Source: an uncultured Actinomycetes bacterium (GTDB lineage: Bacteria > Actinomycetota > UBA4738 > HRBIN12). Taken from it: 64,000 bases of DNA. Both the position numbers and the translations under genes were made by a program. The stretch spans positions 1,157,246 to 1,221,245 of the forward strand of contig CAVPJX010000001.1 of the NCBI GenBank assembly GCA_963705545.1, in the 5' to 3' direction. Position 1 is the first letter of the stretch. Each line of letters begins with the position of its first letter. The notes under the pieces are model-generated. The model did not search any database and had not been told where the DNA came from. It saw nothing but the letters and a program-made list of their open reading frames with translations. Of this stretch, positions 10,017 to 21,270 are shown piece by piece.

Positions 10017-10787
10017 TCAAAGGTGCGACCCGGCCCGCCGTCCGAACCGGACGCGCTCGAGGGTCAGGCCGTGCGGCGGCGCGATGCGCGCCGCCGCGGA
10101 CCGGTCGAGGGCCTCGAGGATCCGATCGAGCCCGGAGGGCTCGATCGACCCCTCACCCACGGCGACGAGGGTCCCCACCAGCGATCGCACCATCTGGTGG
10201 CAGAAGGCGTTGGCTCGCAGACCGAACCGTACCGAGTCGCCCGACCGCGCCACCGTGAGCCGCAGCAGGTTTCGGGTCGTGGACCGCTCGGCGTCTCGGC
10301 GACAGAACGACGCGAAATCGTGGATCCCGACCAGCGCCCGGGCCCCGAGCCGCATGCGCGCGATCGACAGCTCGCCGGGCCGATGCCACCGGAACCGCGC
10401 CGCGAACGGATCCGGGAACGGCCCGATATCGACCCGGTAGACGTACTCGCGCGCCGAGGCGGACGCCCGGGCGTCGAACCCCGCCGCGACCGCGGCCGCG
10501 CGCGTCACCACGACCTCCGGTGCCAGTCGCCCGTTCAGCGCGCGCTGGAGCCGCACGGGGTCGGTCCCGGACATGGTCCTGAACGACGCGACCTGACCGC
10601 GCGCGTGGACGCCGGCGTCGGTCCGGCCGGCGACCGACAATCGGACCGGTGCACCGAGGATCGGCTCGAGGGACCCGAGGAGCGTCCCCTCGACCGTTCG
10701 GATCCGCGGATCCCGCTGCCGTGCCCAACCCCGGAAGCCGGTGCCGTCGTACGCCAGGTCGAGTCGGAGCGTGCGCTCGACGGGCAT
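10017..10787 (-). CDS. truA: tRNA pseudouridine(38-40) synthase
   Basis: 256 aa with the RLDLAYDGTGFRGWARQ motif and TruA family layout, downstream of rplQ as in many bacteria. Confidence 0.85.
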   Translation of the reverse strand: MPVERTLRLDLAYDGTGFRGWARQRDPRIRTVEGTLLGSLEPILGAPVRLSVAGRTDAGVHARGQVASFRTMSGTDPVRLQRALNGRLAPEVVVTRAAAVAAGFDARASASAREYVYRVDIGPFPDPFAARFRWHRPGELSIARMRLGARALVGIHDFASFCRRDAERSTTRNLLRLTVARSGDSVRFGLRANAFCHQMVRSLVGTLVAVGEGSIEPSGLDRILEALDRSAAARIAPPHGLTLERVRFGRRAGSHL

Positions 10788-10844
10788 GCTCGGAGTATGC
10801 CGGAGGGCGGGCCTGCGGCCCGCCCTCCATGCCTCGGACCCGGC

Positions 10845-11207
10845 TCAGCCCTCGCGCTCGACCAGTTCGATCCGAGCCATCGGGGCACCGTCGCCCTTGC
10901 GCTGCCCGAGCTTGAGGATCCGCGTGTATCCGCCCGGACGCTCGGAGAAGCGGGGGCCGATCTCGTGGAACAGACGCGCGACGACGTCACGGTCGGGGAT
11001 GTCCTTGAGGACCTCGCGACGCGCCGCCAGGTCGCCGCGCTTGGCGTACGTGATCAGCTTCTCGGCGTACGGTCGCAGCGCCTTGGCCTTCGCCTCGGTC
11101 GTGTCGATCGCCTCGTGCACGAACAGCTGGGAGGCGAGCCCGGAGAGCAGGAGCCTCTGGTGGCTCGGGTTCGAACCGAGGCGCGGGCCCTTCTTCGGCT
11201 TCGGCAC
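10845..11207 (-). CDS. rplQ: 50S ribosomal protein L17
   Basis: 120 aa: [42 protein letters not shown]... Confidence 0.92.
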   Translation of the reverse strand: MPKPKKGPRLGSNPSHQRLLLSGLASQLFVHEAIDTTEAKAKALRPYAEKLITYAKRGDLAARREVLKDIPDRDVVARLFHEIGPRFSERPGGYTRILKLGQRKGDGAPMARIELVEREG

Positions 11208-11208
11208 G

Positions 11209-12138
11209 TCACTCCTCCCGAAGGCCCAGGCCGAGCTCCTCGAGCTTGGCCTTCACCTCGTCGATCGACTTCTGGCCGAAGTTGCGGATGTCCATCAGCT
11301 CGGACTCCGACTTCTGCACCAGGTCGCCGACCGCGTTGATCCCCTCGCGCTTGAGGCAGTTGTAGGACCGGACGGAGAGGTTCAGCTCTTCGATCGTGAT
11401 CTGGTAGTCGCTCGGGAGCTCCTCGTCTTCGGCCGGACCCACCGTGACGGACGCCGCCTCGGCCAGCTCGCTGAAGAGCTGGACCAGCTCGAGCAGGGTC
11501 CCGCCTGCGGAGGCCACGGCCTCGCTGGGCGTGACGGAGCCGTCGGTCTCGACGTCGAGGATCAGCCGATCGCGGTCGGTCATCTGCTCCACGCGCGTGT
11601 TCTCAACCGTGTAGGAGACCTTGCGCACCGGCGAGAAGATCGAGTCCACGGGGATCACGCCGATCGGATCCCGCGGCTTCTTGTTCTTGTCAGCCATCCG
11701 ATATCCGACGCCACGCTCGACGGTCATCTCCATCTCGAGCGTCGCGCCCTTGCCGAGGGTGGCGAGATGCAGCTCGGGGTTGAGGATGTCGACGCCCGCC
11801 GGGGGAGCGATGTCCCCGGCGGTGACCTCCGCGGGACCCTTGCCCTTCAGGTAGACCGTGGTGGGCTCGTCCAGGTCCGAACGGATCACGAGCTCCTTGA
11901 GGTTCAAGATGATGTCGGTTACGTCCTCCGTGACCTTCGGGATGGTCGCGAACTCGTGCAGCACACCATCGATGCGTACCGACGAGATCGCGGCACCCGG
12001 GATCGACGACAGCAGCGTGCGACGCAGGGAGTTCCCGACCGTGTAGCCGAAGCCCGGCTCGAGCGGCTCGATCGTGAACCGCGAACGGGTCGGCGTGACG
12101 ACTTCCTCAGTGATCTGAGGCCTTGCGACGATGAACAC
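11209..12138 (-). CDS. rpoA: DNA-directed RNA polymerase subunit alpha
   Basis: 309 aa: [50 protein letters not shown]... Confidence 0.95.
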   Translation of the reverse strand: MFIVARPQITEEVVTPTRSRFTIEPLEPGFGYTVGNSLRRTLLSSIPGAAISSVRIDGVLHEFATIPKVTEDVTDIILNLKELVIRSDLDEPTTVYLKGKGPAEVTAGDIAPPAGVDILNPELHLATLGKGATLEMEMTVERGVGYRMADKNKKPRDPIGVIPVDSIFSPVRKVSYTVENTRVEQMTDRDRLILDVETDGSVTPSEAVASAGGTLLELVQLFSELAEAASVTVGPAEDEELPSDYQITIEELNLSVRSYNCLKREGINAVGDLVQKSESELMDIRNFGQKSIDEVKAKLEELGLGLREE

Positions 12139-12230
12139 AGCGCTTCCTCCTTCGGCGAGGGATCATCCAGTCCTTCCTCGCCCTCTCGGTGCCCCCGACG
12201 ACCGACGGGCCGGTCGGGACGCGCCACCGC

Positions 12231-12623
12231 TCAGACGCGGCGGCGCTTGCGCGGCCGGCACCCGTTGTGGGGAACCGGCGTCACATCTTGGATGCCCGCC
12301 ACCTCGAGCCCCGCCGCGGCGAGCGAGCGGATCGCGGTCTCGCGGCCGGAGCCGGGACCCTTGACGAAGACGTCGACCTTCTGCAGACCGTGCTCCTGGG
12401 CCTGCCGAGCTGCCTTCTCGGCCGCGAGCTGCGCGGCGAACGGCGTGGACTTGCGCGACCCCTTGAACCCGACGTTGCCGGCGCTCGCCCAGCTGAGCGT
12501 GTTGCCCTGCAGGTCGGTGATCGTGACGATCGTGTTGTTGAACGTCGACTTGATGTGCGCCTGGCCGTGGACGACGTGCTTCTTCTCGCGCTTGCGTGTC
12601 TTCTTCGCTTTGGGCTTCGCCAA
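12231..12623 (-). CDS. rpsK: 30S ribosomal protein S11
   Basis: 130 aa containing ...[37 protein letters not shown]... Confidence 0.93.
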   Translation of the reverse strand: MAKPKAKKTRKREKKHVVHGQAHIKSTFNNTIVTITDLQGNTLSWASAGNVGFKGSRKSTPFAAQLAAEKAARQAQEHGLQKVDVFVKGPGSGRETAIRSLAAAGLEVAGIQDVTPVPHNGCRPRKRRRV

Positions 12624-12637
12624 CTCAGGTCACCTCG

Positions 12638-13021
12638 TCACTTCTTCCGCGCGGCCTTCTTCTTGCCGGCGATCGCCTTCTTCGGGCCCTTGCGTGTACG
12701 CGCGTTCGTGTGCGTGCGCTGTCCGCGGACCGGCAGGCTGCGACGGTGCCGGACACCCTGGTAGCAGCCGATCTCGATCTTGCGCTTGATGTCCTGGGCG
12801 ACCTCACGGCGGAGATCCCCCTCGACCTTGTAGGTGCGGTCGATGAACTCGCGGATCTTCATGACCTCGTCTTCCGACAGGTCGCGCACCTTGGTTCCGC
12901 CCTCGACCCCGGCGCCGTCCACGATCTGGTAGGCGCGGGTCTGCCCGATGCCGTAGATGTAGCGGAGCGCCACGTCCAGCCGCTTGTCGCGGGGGAGGTC
13001 GACGCCTGCGATCCGTGCCAC
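12638..13021 (-). CDS. rpsM: 30S ribosomal protein S13
   Basis: 127 aa: [30 protein letters not shown]... Confidence 0.93.
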   Translation of the reverse strand: MARIAGVDLPRDKRLDVALRYIYGIGQTRAYQIVDGAGVEGGTKVRDLSEDEVMKIREFIDRTYKVEGDLRREVAQDIKRKIEIGCYQGVRHRRSLPVRGQRTHTNARTRKGPKKAIAGKKKAARKK

Positions 13022-13036
13022 CTGTTCGCGTCCTTC

Positions 13037-13150
13037 CTAGCCCTGCCGCTGCTTGTGCCGCGGGTTCGAGCAGATCACCAGGATCCGGCCACGGCGACGG
13101 ATCACGCGACACCGGTCGCAGATCTTCTTCACCGACGGCCGAACCTTCAT
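13037..13150 (-). CDS. rpmJ: 50S ribosomal protein L36 (zinc-ribbon C+ form)
   Basis: Not in the ORF track because it is under 60 aa. The reverse complement of 13037..13150 translates to [37 protein letters not shown], a canonical L36 with the CxxC...CxxxxH motif, in its usual position between infA and rpsM. Confidence 0.9.
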   Translation of the reverse strand: MKVRPSVKKICDRCRVIRRRGRILVICSNPRHKQRQG

Positions 13151-13159
13151 CGTGCGCTC

Positions 13160-13378
13160 CTACTTGTACCGGTACACCACACGGCCTCTGGTGAGGTCGT
13201 ACGGCGACAGTTCCACCAGGACGCGGTCCCCCGGCAGGATCCGGATGTAGTGCATCCGCATCTTGCCCGAGATGTGCGCCAGGACCTTATGGCCGTTCTC
13301 GAGCTCCACCCGGAACATGGCGTTGGGCAACGGTTCGACGACCGTCCCCTCGACCTCGATCGCATCCTTCTTCGGCAC
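13160..13378 (-). CDS. infA: translation initiation factor IF-1
   Basis: 72 aa: [53 protein letters not shown]... Confidence 0.95.
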   Translation of the reverse strand: MPKKDAIEVEGTVVEPLPNAMFRVELENGHKVLAHISGKMRMHYIRILPGDRVLVELSPYDLTRGRVVYRYK

Positions 13379-13508
13379 GCTCCAGATGGTCCCGTCTGCT
13401 TGTGGCTCGCACCCCGAGGCCGGTGACCAGCGTGAACCTGCCTCCGGCAGGGGCGAACGGTCAGTATACGGGCGGCCTGCGGTTCACGTCCACGCGGAAA
13501 CGCGTTCC

Positions 13509-14297
13509 TCAGTCCGGATCGCCGCCGCGTCGGGCGGTGAGGACCTCGTGGCCCACGGACGTCACCGCGATCGTGTGCTCGAAGTGGGCGGCCAAAGACC
13601 CATCGGCGGTGACGACGGTCCACTCGTCGGGCAGGACCCGGGTCTCGTGGCTCCCGAGCATCACCATCGGCTCGACCGCCACGACCAGCCCAGGCTTGAG
13701 CTCCGGGCCCCGCCCGGGTGCTCCGAAGTTCTGGATGAACGGGTCCTCGTGCATCGCCCGGCCGATCCCATGCCCCCCGTACTCGCGCACGAGGGTGAAC
13801 CCGGCACCCTCGGCCACCTGCTGGATCGCCGCGCCGATGTCCGACAACCTGGCCCCCGGTCGGATCACCTCGATCGCCGCGTCGAGCGCCTCCTCGGTCG
13901 CCCGCACCAGCTTCTCCGCCTCCGGCGACGGTGCCCGCCCGCCAACGATCACGGTGACCGCGGAATCCCCTTGGAAACCGTCGTGGATCGCCCCGCAGTC
14001 GAGCGACAGCACGTCACCCACCTGCAGCACACGCGTGGCGGACGGGATCCCGTGCACGATCTCGTCGTTGATCGACGTGCAGATCGTGCCCGGGAACGGC
14101 GACTTGTGCGGGGCCCCGTACCCCAGGAACGACGGCGTCGCGCCGGACGCGCGGATCGTCCGCTCGGCGATCCGGTCGAGTTCGGCCGTGGTGATCCCCG
14201 GACGGACCTCGTCGAGCATCGCCTCGATCGCGGCCGCGGTGATCGCGCCGGCCCGGCGCATCTTGTCGATCTCCTCGGGCGACTTGTAGATGATCAC
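13509..14297 (-). CDS. map: type I methionine aminopeptidase
   Basis: 262 aa: MIIYKSPEEIDKMRRAGAITAAA... plus metal-ligand motifs. ATGA overlap with adk. Confidence 0.9.
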   Translation of the reverse strand: MIIYKSPEEIDKMRRAGAITAAAIEAMLDEVRPGITTAELDRIAERTIRASGATPSFLGYGAPHKSPFPGTICTSINDEIVHGIPSATRVLQVGDVLSLDCGAIHDGFQGDSAVTVIVGGRAPSPEAEKLVRATEEALDAAIEVIRPGARLSDIGAAIQQVAEGAGFTLVREYGGHGIGRAMHEDPFIQNFGAPGRGPELKPGLVVAVEPMVMLGSHETRVLPDEWTVVTADGSLAAHFEHTIAVTSVGHEVLTARRGGDPD

Positions 14298-14947
14298 GGC
14301 TCGATGTCCGCCAGCGCGTCGATCGTCCGAGCCGTCACCTGATCTTCGGGCGCTTGCGCATCGACCTCGCGGAGCATGCCGCGCTCCCGATAGAAGGACT
14401 CGAGCGGTCGGGTCTGCTCCGCGTAGACCGCGATCCGCCGACGGACCGTCAGCTCGTCGTCGTCCGCGCGTCGTTCGAGACGGTGCCCGCAGGAATCGCA
14501 GATACCCTCCACCGCAGGTGGTTTGAACTCGGCGTTGTAGGTCCGCTTGCAGTTGGGGCAGGTCCAGCGACCCGAGAGACGCCGGACCGCCATGTCGTCG
14601 CTGATCGAGAACTTGAGCAGGGCGTCGATCGGGCGATCCAGTTCGCCGAGCGCGTCCTCCAGCGCCTCCGCCTGCGCGACCGTACGGGGGAATCCATCGA
14701 GGATGAATCCCTTCTCGGCGTCCGGCTCCCTCAGCCGATCCATGACCATCTGCACGACGAGGTCGTCCGGGACGTACTCCCCGCGGTCCATGAACGAACG
14801 GGCCCGGATCCCGAGCGGTGACCCGTCCTGAACGTGTTCGCGGAGGATGTCGCCCGTGGAGATCTGCGGGATCCCGTAGCGCTCCGACAGCCGAGCCGCT
14901 TGCGTCCCCTTGCCCGCGCCCGGAGGCCCCAGGAGCACGAGGCGCAT
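14294..14947 (-). CDS. adk: adenylate kinase
   Basis: 217 aa: MRLVLLGPPGAGKGTQA (P-loop); zinc-binding lid CPNC...C..C. Confidence 0.93.
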   Translation of the reverse strand: MRLVLLGPPGAGKGTQAARLSERYGIPQISTGDILREHVQDGSPLGIRARSFMDRGEYVPDDLVVQMVMDRLREPDAEKGFILDGFPRTVAQAEALEDALGELDRPIDALLKFSISDDMAVRRLSGRWTCPNCKRTYNAEFKPPAVEGICDSCGHRLERRADDDELTVRRRIAVYAEQTRPLESFYRERGMLREVDAQAPEDQVTARTIDALADIEP

Positions 14948-14949
14948 GG

Positions 14950-16242
14950 CTACTTCAGGAAGCCCTCGTAGTGACGCATCATCAGCTGCGACTCGATCTG
15001 CTTCATCGTCTCGAGCGCGACCCCGACGGTGATCAGCACCGAGGTGCCGCCGAACGGGAACTGCGTGATCGCCCAGTACGCGAGCACGATCGTCGGAAGC
15101 AGCGCGATCGCCGCCAGGAAGAGCGAGCCCGGCAGCGTGATGCGGGTGAGGACGTAGTTCAGGTAGTTCGCCGTGGGCGGCCCGGGGCGGATGCCCGGGA
15201 TGAACCCGCCCTGCTTGCGGATCTGGTCGGCGGTCCGCACGGGGTCGAACTGGATCGCGGAGTAGAAGTACGCGAAGAACACGACCAGCAGGGTCAGCAG
15301 CGCCATGTAGACGATGCTCCGCTGGTTGTTCACGTAGTTATTCACGAAGTTCTGGAACCAGTCGGCGTGGTAGACGCTCGCGAGCAGCGTCGGGAAGTAC
15401 AGCACCGAGGTGGCGAAGATGATCGGGATCACGCCGGCCTGGTTCACCTTCAGCGGGAGGTAGGTGCTCCCGCCCGTGGTCATCCGCCGCCCGACCACTC
15501 GTTTGGCGTACTGGATCGGGATCCGTCGTTGACCCTGGTCCATGAAGACCACGGCCACGATGATCGCGAGCCCGATGAAGCAGATCACGATGAACTTGCC
15601 GGTCCCTCCCGTCTGCAGGATCGCGTTGCCCTCGGAGGGCAGCGACGAGATCACGCTCGTGAAGATCAGGATCGACATCCCGTTGCCGACGCCGCGCTGG
15701 GTGATCAGCTCCCCGAGCCACATCACGGTCGCGGTCCCCGCCGTGAACGTGAGCACGATCAGCATGACGTTCGGCGCCGTGAAGGTCCCCGGCGGGAAGA
15801 TGTCGACCCCGCTCCCGCCCTGCGCGTTCGGGTTATGGAAGAGGAAGACGAGCCCGGTGGCCTGCAGGAGGGCCAGCACGACCGTGACGTAGCGCGTCCA
15901 CTGGTTGATCTTCTTCGTGCCCTGCTCGCCCTGATCCTGCCACTGCTGCAGCTTCGGGATCACGACGGTGAGGAGTTGCATGATGATCGAGCTCGTGATG
16001 TACGGCATGATCCCGAGCCCGAAGACCGCCATCCGTCCGAGCGCGCCGCCCGAGAACAGGTCGATGAACTGCAGGAAGCTCGTGCCGTCGGTGTTCCCCA
16101 GCTGCCGCTGCAGCTCGCCGATGTCGACCACCGGAACGGGGACGTGCGCCCCGAACCGGTAGACGGCGATGATGGCCAGCGTGAAGAGGATCTTGTTGCG
16201 GAGATCCGGGACCCGGAACGCGTTGAGGAAAGCCTTCAGCAC
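14950..16242 (-). CDS. secY: preprotein translocase subunit SecY
   Basis: 430 aa multi-pass membrane protein: MLKAFLNAFRVPDLRNKILFTLAIIAVYRFG... Confidence 0.95.
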   Translation of the reverse strand: MLKAFLNAFRVPDLRNKILFTLAIIAVYRFGAHVPVPVVDIGELQRQLGNTDGTSFLQFIDLFSGGALGRMAVFGLGIMPYITSSIIMQLLTVVIPKLQQWQDQGEQGTKKINQWTRYVTVVLALLQATGLVFLFHNPNAQGGSGVDIFPPGTFTAPNVMLIVLTFTAGTATVMWLGELITQRGVGNGMSILIFTSVISSLPSEGNAILQTGGTGKFIVICFIGLAIIVAVVFMDQGQRRIPIQYAKRVVGRRMTTGGSTYLPLKVNQAGVIPIIFATSVLYFPTLLASVYHADWFQNFVNNYVNNQRSIVYMALLTLLVVFFAYFYSAIQFDPVRTADQIRKQGGFIPGIRPGPPTANYLNYVLTRITLPGSLFLAAIALLPTIVLAYWAITQFPFGGTSVLITVGVALETMKQIESQLMMRHYEGFLK

Positions 16243-16263
16243 GGCGCTCTATCGTACTCCCGA

Positions 16264-16698
16264 CTAGCCAACGACCTCGGCGCGCCCACCGGCGGCCTCG
16301 ATCTTGGCCTTCGCTGCGGCGGAGAAGGCGTGCGCCTTCACCACCAGGGCTTTGTCCATCTCCCCGCGGGCGAGCACCTTCACCGGACGACCCTTGCGGG
16401 CGAGCCCGTGCTCGTACAGCGCCTCCGGCGACACCTCGCCGTCGAAGTACTTCGCGAGGATCTCGACGTTCACGGGGGCGAACGCGACGCGGTTGGGGTT
16501 GGTGAACCCCTTCAGCTTCGGGACCCGCCGCTGCAGCGGCATCTGCCCGCCCTCGAAGTACGCGGGGACGTTCTTGCGTGCTCCCGTGCCCTTCGTGCCG
16601 CGACCGGCGGTCTTCCCACCGGCGCCGGCACGGCCACGGCCCACGCGCTTGCGTTCCTTCGTCGAGCCCTCCGCGGGACGGAGGTGATGGACCTTCAT
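16264..16698 (-). CDS. rplO: 50S ribosomal protein L15
   Basis: Real start is the ATG at 16698 ([37 protein letters not shown]...). The longer track ORF upstream is a shadow overlapping rpmD/rpsE. Confidence 0.9.
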   Translation of the reverse strand: MKVHHLRPAEGSTKERKRVGRGRAGAGGKTAGRGTKGTGARKNVPAYFEGGQMPLQRRVPKLKGFTNPNRVAFAPVNVEILAKYFDGEVSPEALYEHGLARKGRPVKVLARGEMDKALVVKAHAFSAAAKAKIEAAGGRAEVVG

Positions 16699-16880
16699 GC
16701 CTCGACCTCCTCCACGTCGACGAGATGCTTGACCTTCTCGATCATGCCGCGGACGTCGGGACGGTCGTCCTTGACCACGGAGTCGTTCATGCGGTGCAAC
16801 CCGAGCCGGCGCACCGTGTCCTTCTGATCCTGCGGGCGCCCGATCACGCTCCGGCGCTGGGTGACCTTGAGCTTGCTCAT
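16695..16880 (-). CDS. rpmD: 50S ribosomal protein L30
   Basis: 61 aa: [39 protein letters not shown]... Confidence 0.9.
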   Translation of the reverse strand: MSKLKVTQRRSVIGRPQDQKDTVRRLGLHRMNDSVVKDDRPDVRGMIEKVKHLVDVEEVEA

Positions 16881-17509
16881 CGCCGGCCTCGCGACGGACC
16901 CGGCGGACGCGAGGGCTCGTCCGAGTACACCTCTTCGAGCGCGGCCGCACGCTTCGCCTGGAGCTGTGCCTCGGCCGCCGCCACGGCGGCGAGCATCGGC
17001 TTGGGCGCGACCTCATGCACGTCGCGCCCGCGGAGCTGGGCGATCTGGGCCGGCCTGCGCAGGTCGTGGAGGCCCTGGACCGCCGCCTTGAGGATGTTGA
17101 TCTGGTTCGAGGAGCCGAGCGACTTCGACAGGATGTCCTTGATCCCGGCGCACTCCACCAGAGCCCGGACCGGACCACCGGCGATGACCCCGGTCCCCGG
17201 GGCGGCCGGCTTCAGCAGGACGCGGCCAGCGCCCGCCTGCCCGATCACCTCATGAGGGATCGTCGTCCCCATCATCGGGACCTCGAACATCTTCCGGCGA
17301 GCCTCCTCGACGCCCTTGGCGATCGCCGCGGGGACCTCCTTGGCCTTGCCGTAGCCGACCCCCACGCGACCGGCCCCGTCGCCGACGACGACGAGCGCGG
17401 CGAACGAGAACCGGCGACCGCCCTTGACGACCTTGGCCACGCGGTTGATCGAGATGACCCGTTCCTCGAACGGGCTCTTGTCCTGCGGGTTCGCGTCGTA
17501 TCGCCTCAT
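16877..17509 (-). CDS. rpsE: 30S ribosomal protein S5 (with ~45-aa C-terminal extension)
   Basis: 210 aa with ...[45 protein letters not shown].... Roughly 45 extra residues after the canonical C-terminus. Confidence 0.9.
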   Translation of the reverse strand: MRRYDANPQDKSPFEERVISINRVAKVVKGGRRFSFAALVVVGDGAGRVGVGYGKAKEVPAAIAKGVEEARRKMFEVPMMGTTIPHEVIGQAGAGRVLLKPAAPGTGVIAGGPVRALVECAGIKDILSKSLGSSNQINILKAAVQGLHDLRRPAQIAQLRGRDVHEVAPKPMLAAVAAAEAQLQAKRAAALEEVYSDEPSRPPGPSRGRR

Positions 17510-17510
17510 G

Positions 17511-17861
17511 TCAGATCTGGAGTCCTCCCTCGCGGGCGCCTTCGGCGACCGCCGCGACGCGCCCGTGGAACTGCCGCCCGCCGCGATCGAACACCACGCG
17601 CTCGATGCCCGCGTCCTTGGCCCGGCCGGCGATCAGCTCGCCGACCGCCTTCGCGCGGGCCGTCTTGCCTTCGGCCTTCACCTCGGCGTCGGAGGCCTGC
17701 GCGATCGTCGTGGCACGCATGTCGTCGATGAGCTGGGCGTAGATGTGCCGGTTCGACCGGAACACCGCCAGACGCGGTCGCTCCGCGCTGCCCGACACCT
17801 TCTTGCGCACCCGCGCGTGCCGGCGCAGCCTCGCCTCCCGCTTCGTCTTCGCGTCGCTCAT
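17511..17861 (-). CDS. rplR: 50S ribosomal protein L18
   Basis: 116 aa: [43 protein letters not shown]... Confidence 0.92.
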   Translation of the reverse strand: MSDAKTKREARLRRHARVRKKVSGSAERPRLAVFRSNRHIYAQLIDDMRATTIAQASDAEVKAEGKTARAKAVGELIAGRAKDAGIERVVFDRGGRQFHGRVAAVAEGAREGGLQI

Positions 17862-18409
17862 GCGGCACCCGTCTTCGCGGCCTTGCCGGCCTTCTTCCGG
17901 ACGTACTCTCCCTCGTACCGGATCCCCTTGCCCTTGTACGGCTCGGGCTTCCGGACCTTGCGGATGTTGGCGGCCGTCTCCCCGACCTGCTGCTTGTCGT
18001 TGCCCCGCACGACGATCTGGGTGGGAGCCGGCACCTCGAACTCGATCCCTAGGGGCTGCGTCACCACGACCGGATGGGAATAGCCCGCCGCGATCTCGAG
18101 GTCCTTGCCCTTCATCGCCGCCCGGTATCCGACCCCGACGATCTGCAGACGCTTCTCGAACCCGTTCGTGACCCCTTCCACCATGTTGGCGAGCAACGAC
18201 CGGGTGAGGCCGTGCAGGCTCCGGTGGAACGCTTCGTCGTCGGGTCGCTCCACCCGCACCACGCCGTCCTCGATCGACACCCGCATGTCGGGGTGCACGA
18301 GTTGGGTGAGCGAGCCCCTGGGCCCCTTCACCGTCACCACGTTGCCCTCTGCGACGTCCACCTGGACGTCGGTCGGGATCTGGATGGGCTGCTTCCCGAT
18401 CCTGCTCAT
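17858..18409 (-). CDS. rplF: 50S ribosomal protein L6
   Basis: 183 aa: [32 protein letters not shown]... Confidence 0.93.
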   Translation of the reverse strand: MSRIGKQPIQIPTDVQVDVAEGNVVTVKGPRGSLTQLVHPDMRVSIEDGVVRVERPDDEAFHRSLHGLTRSLLANMVEGVTNGFEKRLQIVGVGYRAAMKGKDLEIAAGYSHPVVVTQPLGIEFEVPAPTQIVVRGNDKQQVGETAANIRKVRKPEPYKGKGIRYEGEYVRKKAGKAAKTGAA

Positions 18410-18449
18410 CGCCTGCCTGTCCTTCGGTCCTTGGCCACCGGCCGGTCGC

Positions 18450-18875
18450 TCACCATACGAAGGCGAGCACCTCGCCGCCGATACCCTTGCGGGACGCCTC
18501 TCGATCCGTCATCACACCTTGCGACGTGGAGACGATCGCGATGCCGAGGCCCCCCATGACCCGCGGCAGCTCGCCCCGGCCCGCGTACATCCTGCGACCG
18601 GGCTTCGAGATCCGCTTCAGCCCGGTGATCGTGCGCGTCCGACCCTTCCCGTACTTGAGTCGGATCCGGTACGCCGCCTGCGTTCCCTCGCCATCCCTCT
18701 CGAACGCCTCGATATAGCCCTCCTGCTGGAGGATCCGCAGCACGGACGCGTTCAGCTTCGAGACCGGAGCGATCAGATCGTCCTTGTACGCGAGGTTCGC
18801 GTTGCGGATCCGGGTCAGCAGGTCCGCGACCGGGTCCGAGACGTTCGACGAGAACCGCCGTTGCGTGCTCACCAT
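18450..18875 (-). CDS. rpsH: 30S ribosomal protein S8
   Basis: Starts at the ATG at 18875 ([32 protein letters not shown]...). The GTG one codon later would give a GTGA overlap with the rpsZ stop instead. The track ORF extends artefactually to 18977. Confidence 0.88.
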   Translation of the reverse strand: MVSTQRRFSSNVSDPVADLLTRIRNANLAYKDDLIAPVSKLNASVLRILQQEGYIEAFERDGEGTQAAYRIRLKYGKGRTRTITGLKRISKPGRRMYAGRGELPRVMGGLGIAIVSTSQGVMTDREASRKGIGGEVLAFVW

Positions 18876-19054
18876 GAGGACTTCGTCACCCCCGGTAGCT
18901 CGCCGGCGTGCGCCAGCTGACGGAAGCAGATCCGGCACAGCAAGAGCTTCCGGTAGACCGCGCGCGATCGCCCGCAACGGCGGCAGCGCGTGTACGCCCG
19001 AACCCGGAACTTCGGCTGCTGCCGCTGCTTGTTCAGGAGTGCCTTCTTCGCCAT
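18869..19054 (-). CDS. rpsZ: 30S ribosomal protein S14 type Z (zinc-binding)
   Basis: 61 aa: [61 protein letters not shown] (CxxC...CxxC). Confidence 0.92.
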   Translation of the reverse strand: MAKKALLNKQRQQPKFRVRAYTRCRRCGRSRAVYRKLLLCRICFRQLAHAGELPGVTKSSW

Positions 19055-19064
19055 GTCCCTATCC

Positions 19065-19619
19065 TCAGCTCGCCTGCGAGACCGCCTCGGCGCCCGCGAA
19101 CGGGAAGCCGAGGGCCCGCAACAGCGCGCGTCCCTCGTCGTCGTCGCGGGCCGTCGTCACGATCGTGATGTCCATCCCGCGCACCTTCACCACCTTGTCG
19201 TAGTCGACCTCCGGGAAGATCAGCTGCTCGGTCACGCCGAGCGTGTAGTTCCCGCGGCCGTCGAAGGCATCGGGATCGAGCCCGCGGAAGTCCCGGATCC
19301 GCGGCAACGCCAACGTGACGAGCCGGTCGAGGAACTCCCACATCCGATCGCCCCGGAGCGTGACCTTCGCTCCGATCGCCATGCCCTCGCGGAGCTTGAA
19401 CCCCGCGATCGACTTCCTGGCCTTCGTGATCACCGGCTTCTGGCCCGTGATCACCGTGAGGTCGTCGAGCGCGGCCTCGAGCATACGAGCATCCTTGACC
19501 GCGTCGCCCACGCCCATGTTGACCACGATCTTCTCGAGCCGAGGCACCTCCATCGGGTTGCCGAGGCTCAGCTCCTGCTGCAGCTTGGGCAGCAGCTCCT
19601 CCCGGAACCGGACCTTCAT
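19065..19619 (-). CDS. rplE: 50S ribosomal protein L5
   Basis: Conserved N-terminus [38 protein letters not shown] starts at the ATG at 19619. This avoids overlap with rplX, which ends at 19640. The track ORF start at 19658 is probably not used. Confidence 0.85.
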   Translation of the reverse strand: MKVRFREELLPKLQQELSLGNPMEVPRLEKIVVNMGVGDAVKDARMLEAALDDLTVITGQKPVITKARKSIAGFKLREGMAIGAKVTLRGDRMWEFLDRLVTLALPRIRDFRGLDPDAFDGRGNYTLGVTEQLIFPEVDYDKVVKVRGMDITIVTTARDDDEGRALLRALGFPFAGAEAVSQAS

Positions 19620-19639
19620 CCGAGGCAGGTACGTGTCGC

Positions 19640-19975
19640 TCACAGGTCCGCCTCGCACTTGCGGCAGATCCGGATCTTCCCGTCCTCGTCCATCCGGTAA
19701 CCGACACGGGTCGGCTGGCCACAGCTGCCGCAGACGATCTGGACGTTCGAGATGTCGATGAACATCTCGGCGTCGATGATCCCTCCCTGCTGGAGCTGCT
19801 GCCCACCCGTGGAGCGTTTGCCGGACGCGCGCAGGTGCTTCTTCGCCAGGGCGACACCGTCGACCATCACGCGGCCCTCGCCCGGAAGCACCCGGACGAC
19901 ACGGCCTTCCTTGCCGCGGTCCTTCCCGGCCATCACCCGCACGTTGTCGTCCTTCTTGATGTTGACGCCTGGCAT
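19640..19975 (-). CDS. rplX: 50S ribosomal protein L24 (variant with C-terminal CxxC...CxxC)
   Basis: 111 aa: [29 protein letters not shown]...[49 protein letters not shown]24 core with four Cys at positions that are non-Cys in common L24s. Confidence 0.9.
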   Translation of the reverse strand: MPGVNIKKDDNVRVMAGKDRGKEGRVVRVLPGEGRVMVDGVALAKKHLRASGKRSTGGQQLQQGGIIDAEMFIDISNVQIVCGSCGQPTRVGYRMDEDGKIRICRKCEADL

Positions 19976-19977
19976 GT

Positions 19978-20346
19978 CTAGAGCACCTCCGGCGCGAGCG
20001 AGATGATCTTCATGAATCGCTTCTCGCGCAGCTCTCGCGCGACCGGCCCGAAGATGCGGGTGCCGCGCGGGTTCTTCTGTTCGTTGATGATCACGACCGC
20101 GTTGTCGTCGAAGCGGATGTACGAGCCATCCGGCCGGCGACGCTCCTTGGCGGTCCGGACGACCACCGCGCGGACCACCTCGCCCTTCTTGACCGCACCG
20201 CCGGGCAACGCGTCCTTCACGGTCCCGACGATCATGTCGCCGACCCCAGCGTACCGACGCGCCGATCCACCGAGCACGCGGATGCAGAGGACCTCCTTGG
20301 CCCCCGTGTTGTCCGCGACCTTGCAGCGCGTCTCCTGCTGGATCAC
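19978..20346 (-). CDS. rplN: 50S ribosomal protein L14
   Basis: 122 aa: [27 protein letters not shown]... Confidence 0.95.
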   Translation of the reverse strand: MIQQETRCKVADNTGAKEVLCIRVLGGSARRYAGVGDMIVGTVKDALPGGAVKKGEVVRAVVVRTAKERRRPDGSYIRFDDNAVVIINEQKNPRGTRIFGPVARELREKRFMKIISLAPEVL

Positions 20347-20356
20347 TTCTCAGCTC

Positions 20357-20632
20357 CTACTTGGCCCGCTCGACGATCTCGATGACGCGCCAACGCTTCG
20401 ACTTCGACAGCGGGCGGGTCTCCATCACACGCACGGTGTCGCCGATGTGGGCGTCGTTCGACTCGTCGTGCGCGGCCAGCTTCGATGACCGCCGCACCGT
20501 CTTGTCGTACATCGCGTGGCGGATCTGGCGGTCGATCCGCACGACGACCGTCTTGTCCATCTTGTCCGACACGACCACCCCGGTCCGGACCTTCCGCCGT
20601 CCGCGCTCGGTCGTCATCTGCTCCTCACTCAC
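20357..20632 (-). CDS. rpsQ: 30S ribosomal protein S17
   Basis: ...[72 protein letters not shown].... GTG start overlapping the rpmC TGA (GTGA); an ATG at 20617 is an alternative. Confidence 0.9.
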   Translation of the reverse strand: MSEEQMTTERGRRKVRTGVVVSDKMDKTVVVRIDRQIRHAMYDKTVRRSSKLAAHDESNDAHIGDTVRVMETRPLSKSKRWRVIEIVERAK

Positions 20633-20856
20633 GACTGGTTCTCCTCCTCGCCCGCGATCCGGTCGAGCTCCCGTTCGCGGAGCACCGTCGCGATCCGCGC
20701 CACGTCGTGCCGCACCGCCTTCAACCGTGTGGGGTTGTCGAGCTGCCCCGTCGCCAGCTGGAAGCGCAGGTTGAAGAGCTCTTCCTTCGCGGACTCGATC
20801 CGATCCACGAGCTCCTCGTCCGGCAGCTCACGCAGCTCTGCAGCCTTGCTGGCCAT
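20629..20856 (-). CDS. rpmC: 50S ribosomal protein L29
   Basis: 75 aa: [39 protein letters not shown]... Confidence 0.92.
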   Translation of the reverse strand: MASKAAELRELPDEELVDRIESAKEELFNLRFQLATGQLDNPTRLKAVRHDVARIATVLRERELDRIAGEEENQS

Positions 20857-21270
20857 CTACTCCCCCACCCGCGAGATGAACTTCGTCTTGATCGGCAGCT
20901 TGTGCTGGGCCCGGCTCATCGCCTCACGCGCGAGGCTCTCGGGGACCCCGGCCAACTCGAACATCACGCGGCCCGGCTTGACGACCGCGACCCATCCCTC
21001 GGGGTTGCCCTTCCCCGAGCCCATCCGCGTCTCGGCGGGCTTCTTCGTGAAGGGCTTGTCGGGGAAGATGTTGATCCACACCTTCCCGCCACGGCGGATG
21101 TGGCGCGTGATCGCGACGCGCGCCGCTTCGATCTGACGGTTCGTGATCCACGCCGGCTCGAGGGCAACCAGGCCGTAGTCGCCGAACTGGATCTCGGTCC
21201 CGCCCTTCGCCATGCCGCGGCGACGACCTCGATGCACCTTGCGGTGCTTGACCTTCTTGGGCGCGAGCAT
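20857..21270 (-). CDS. rplP: 50S ribosomal protein L16
   Basis: 137 aa: [51 protein letters not shown].... ATGA overlap with the rpsC stop. Confidence 0.95.
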   Translation of the reverse strand: MLAPKKVKHRKVHRGRRRGMAKGGTEIQFGDYGLVALEPAWITNRQIEAARVAITRHIRRGGKVWINIFPDKPFTKKPAETRMGSGKGNPEGWVAVVKPGRVMFELAGVPESLAREAMSRAQHKLPIKTKFISRVGE

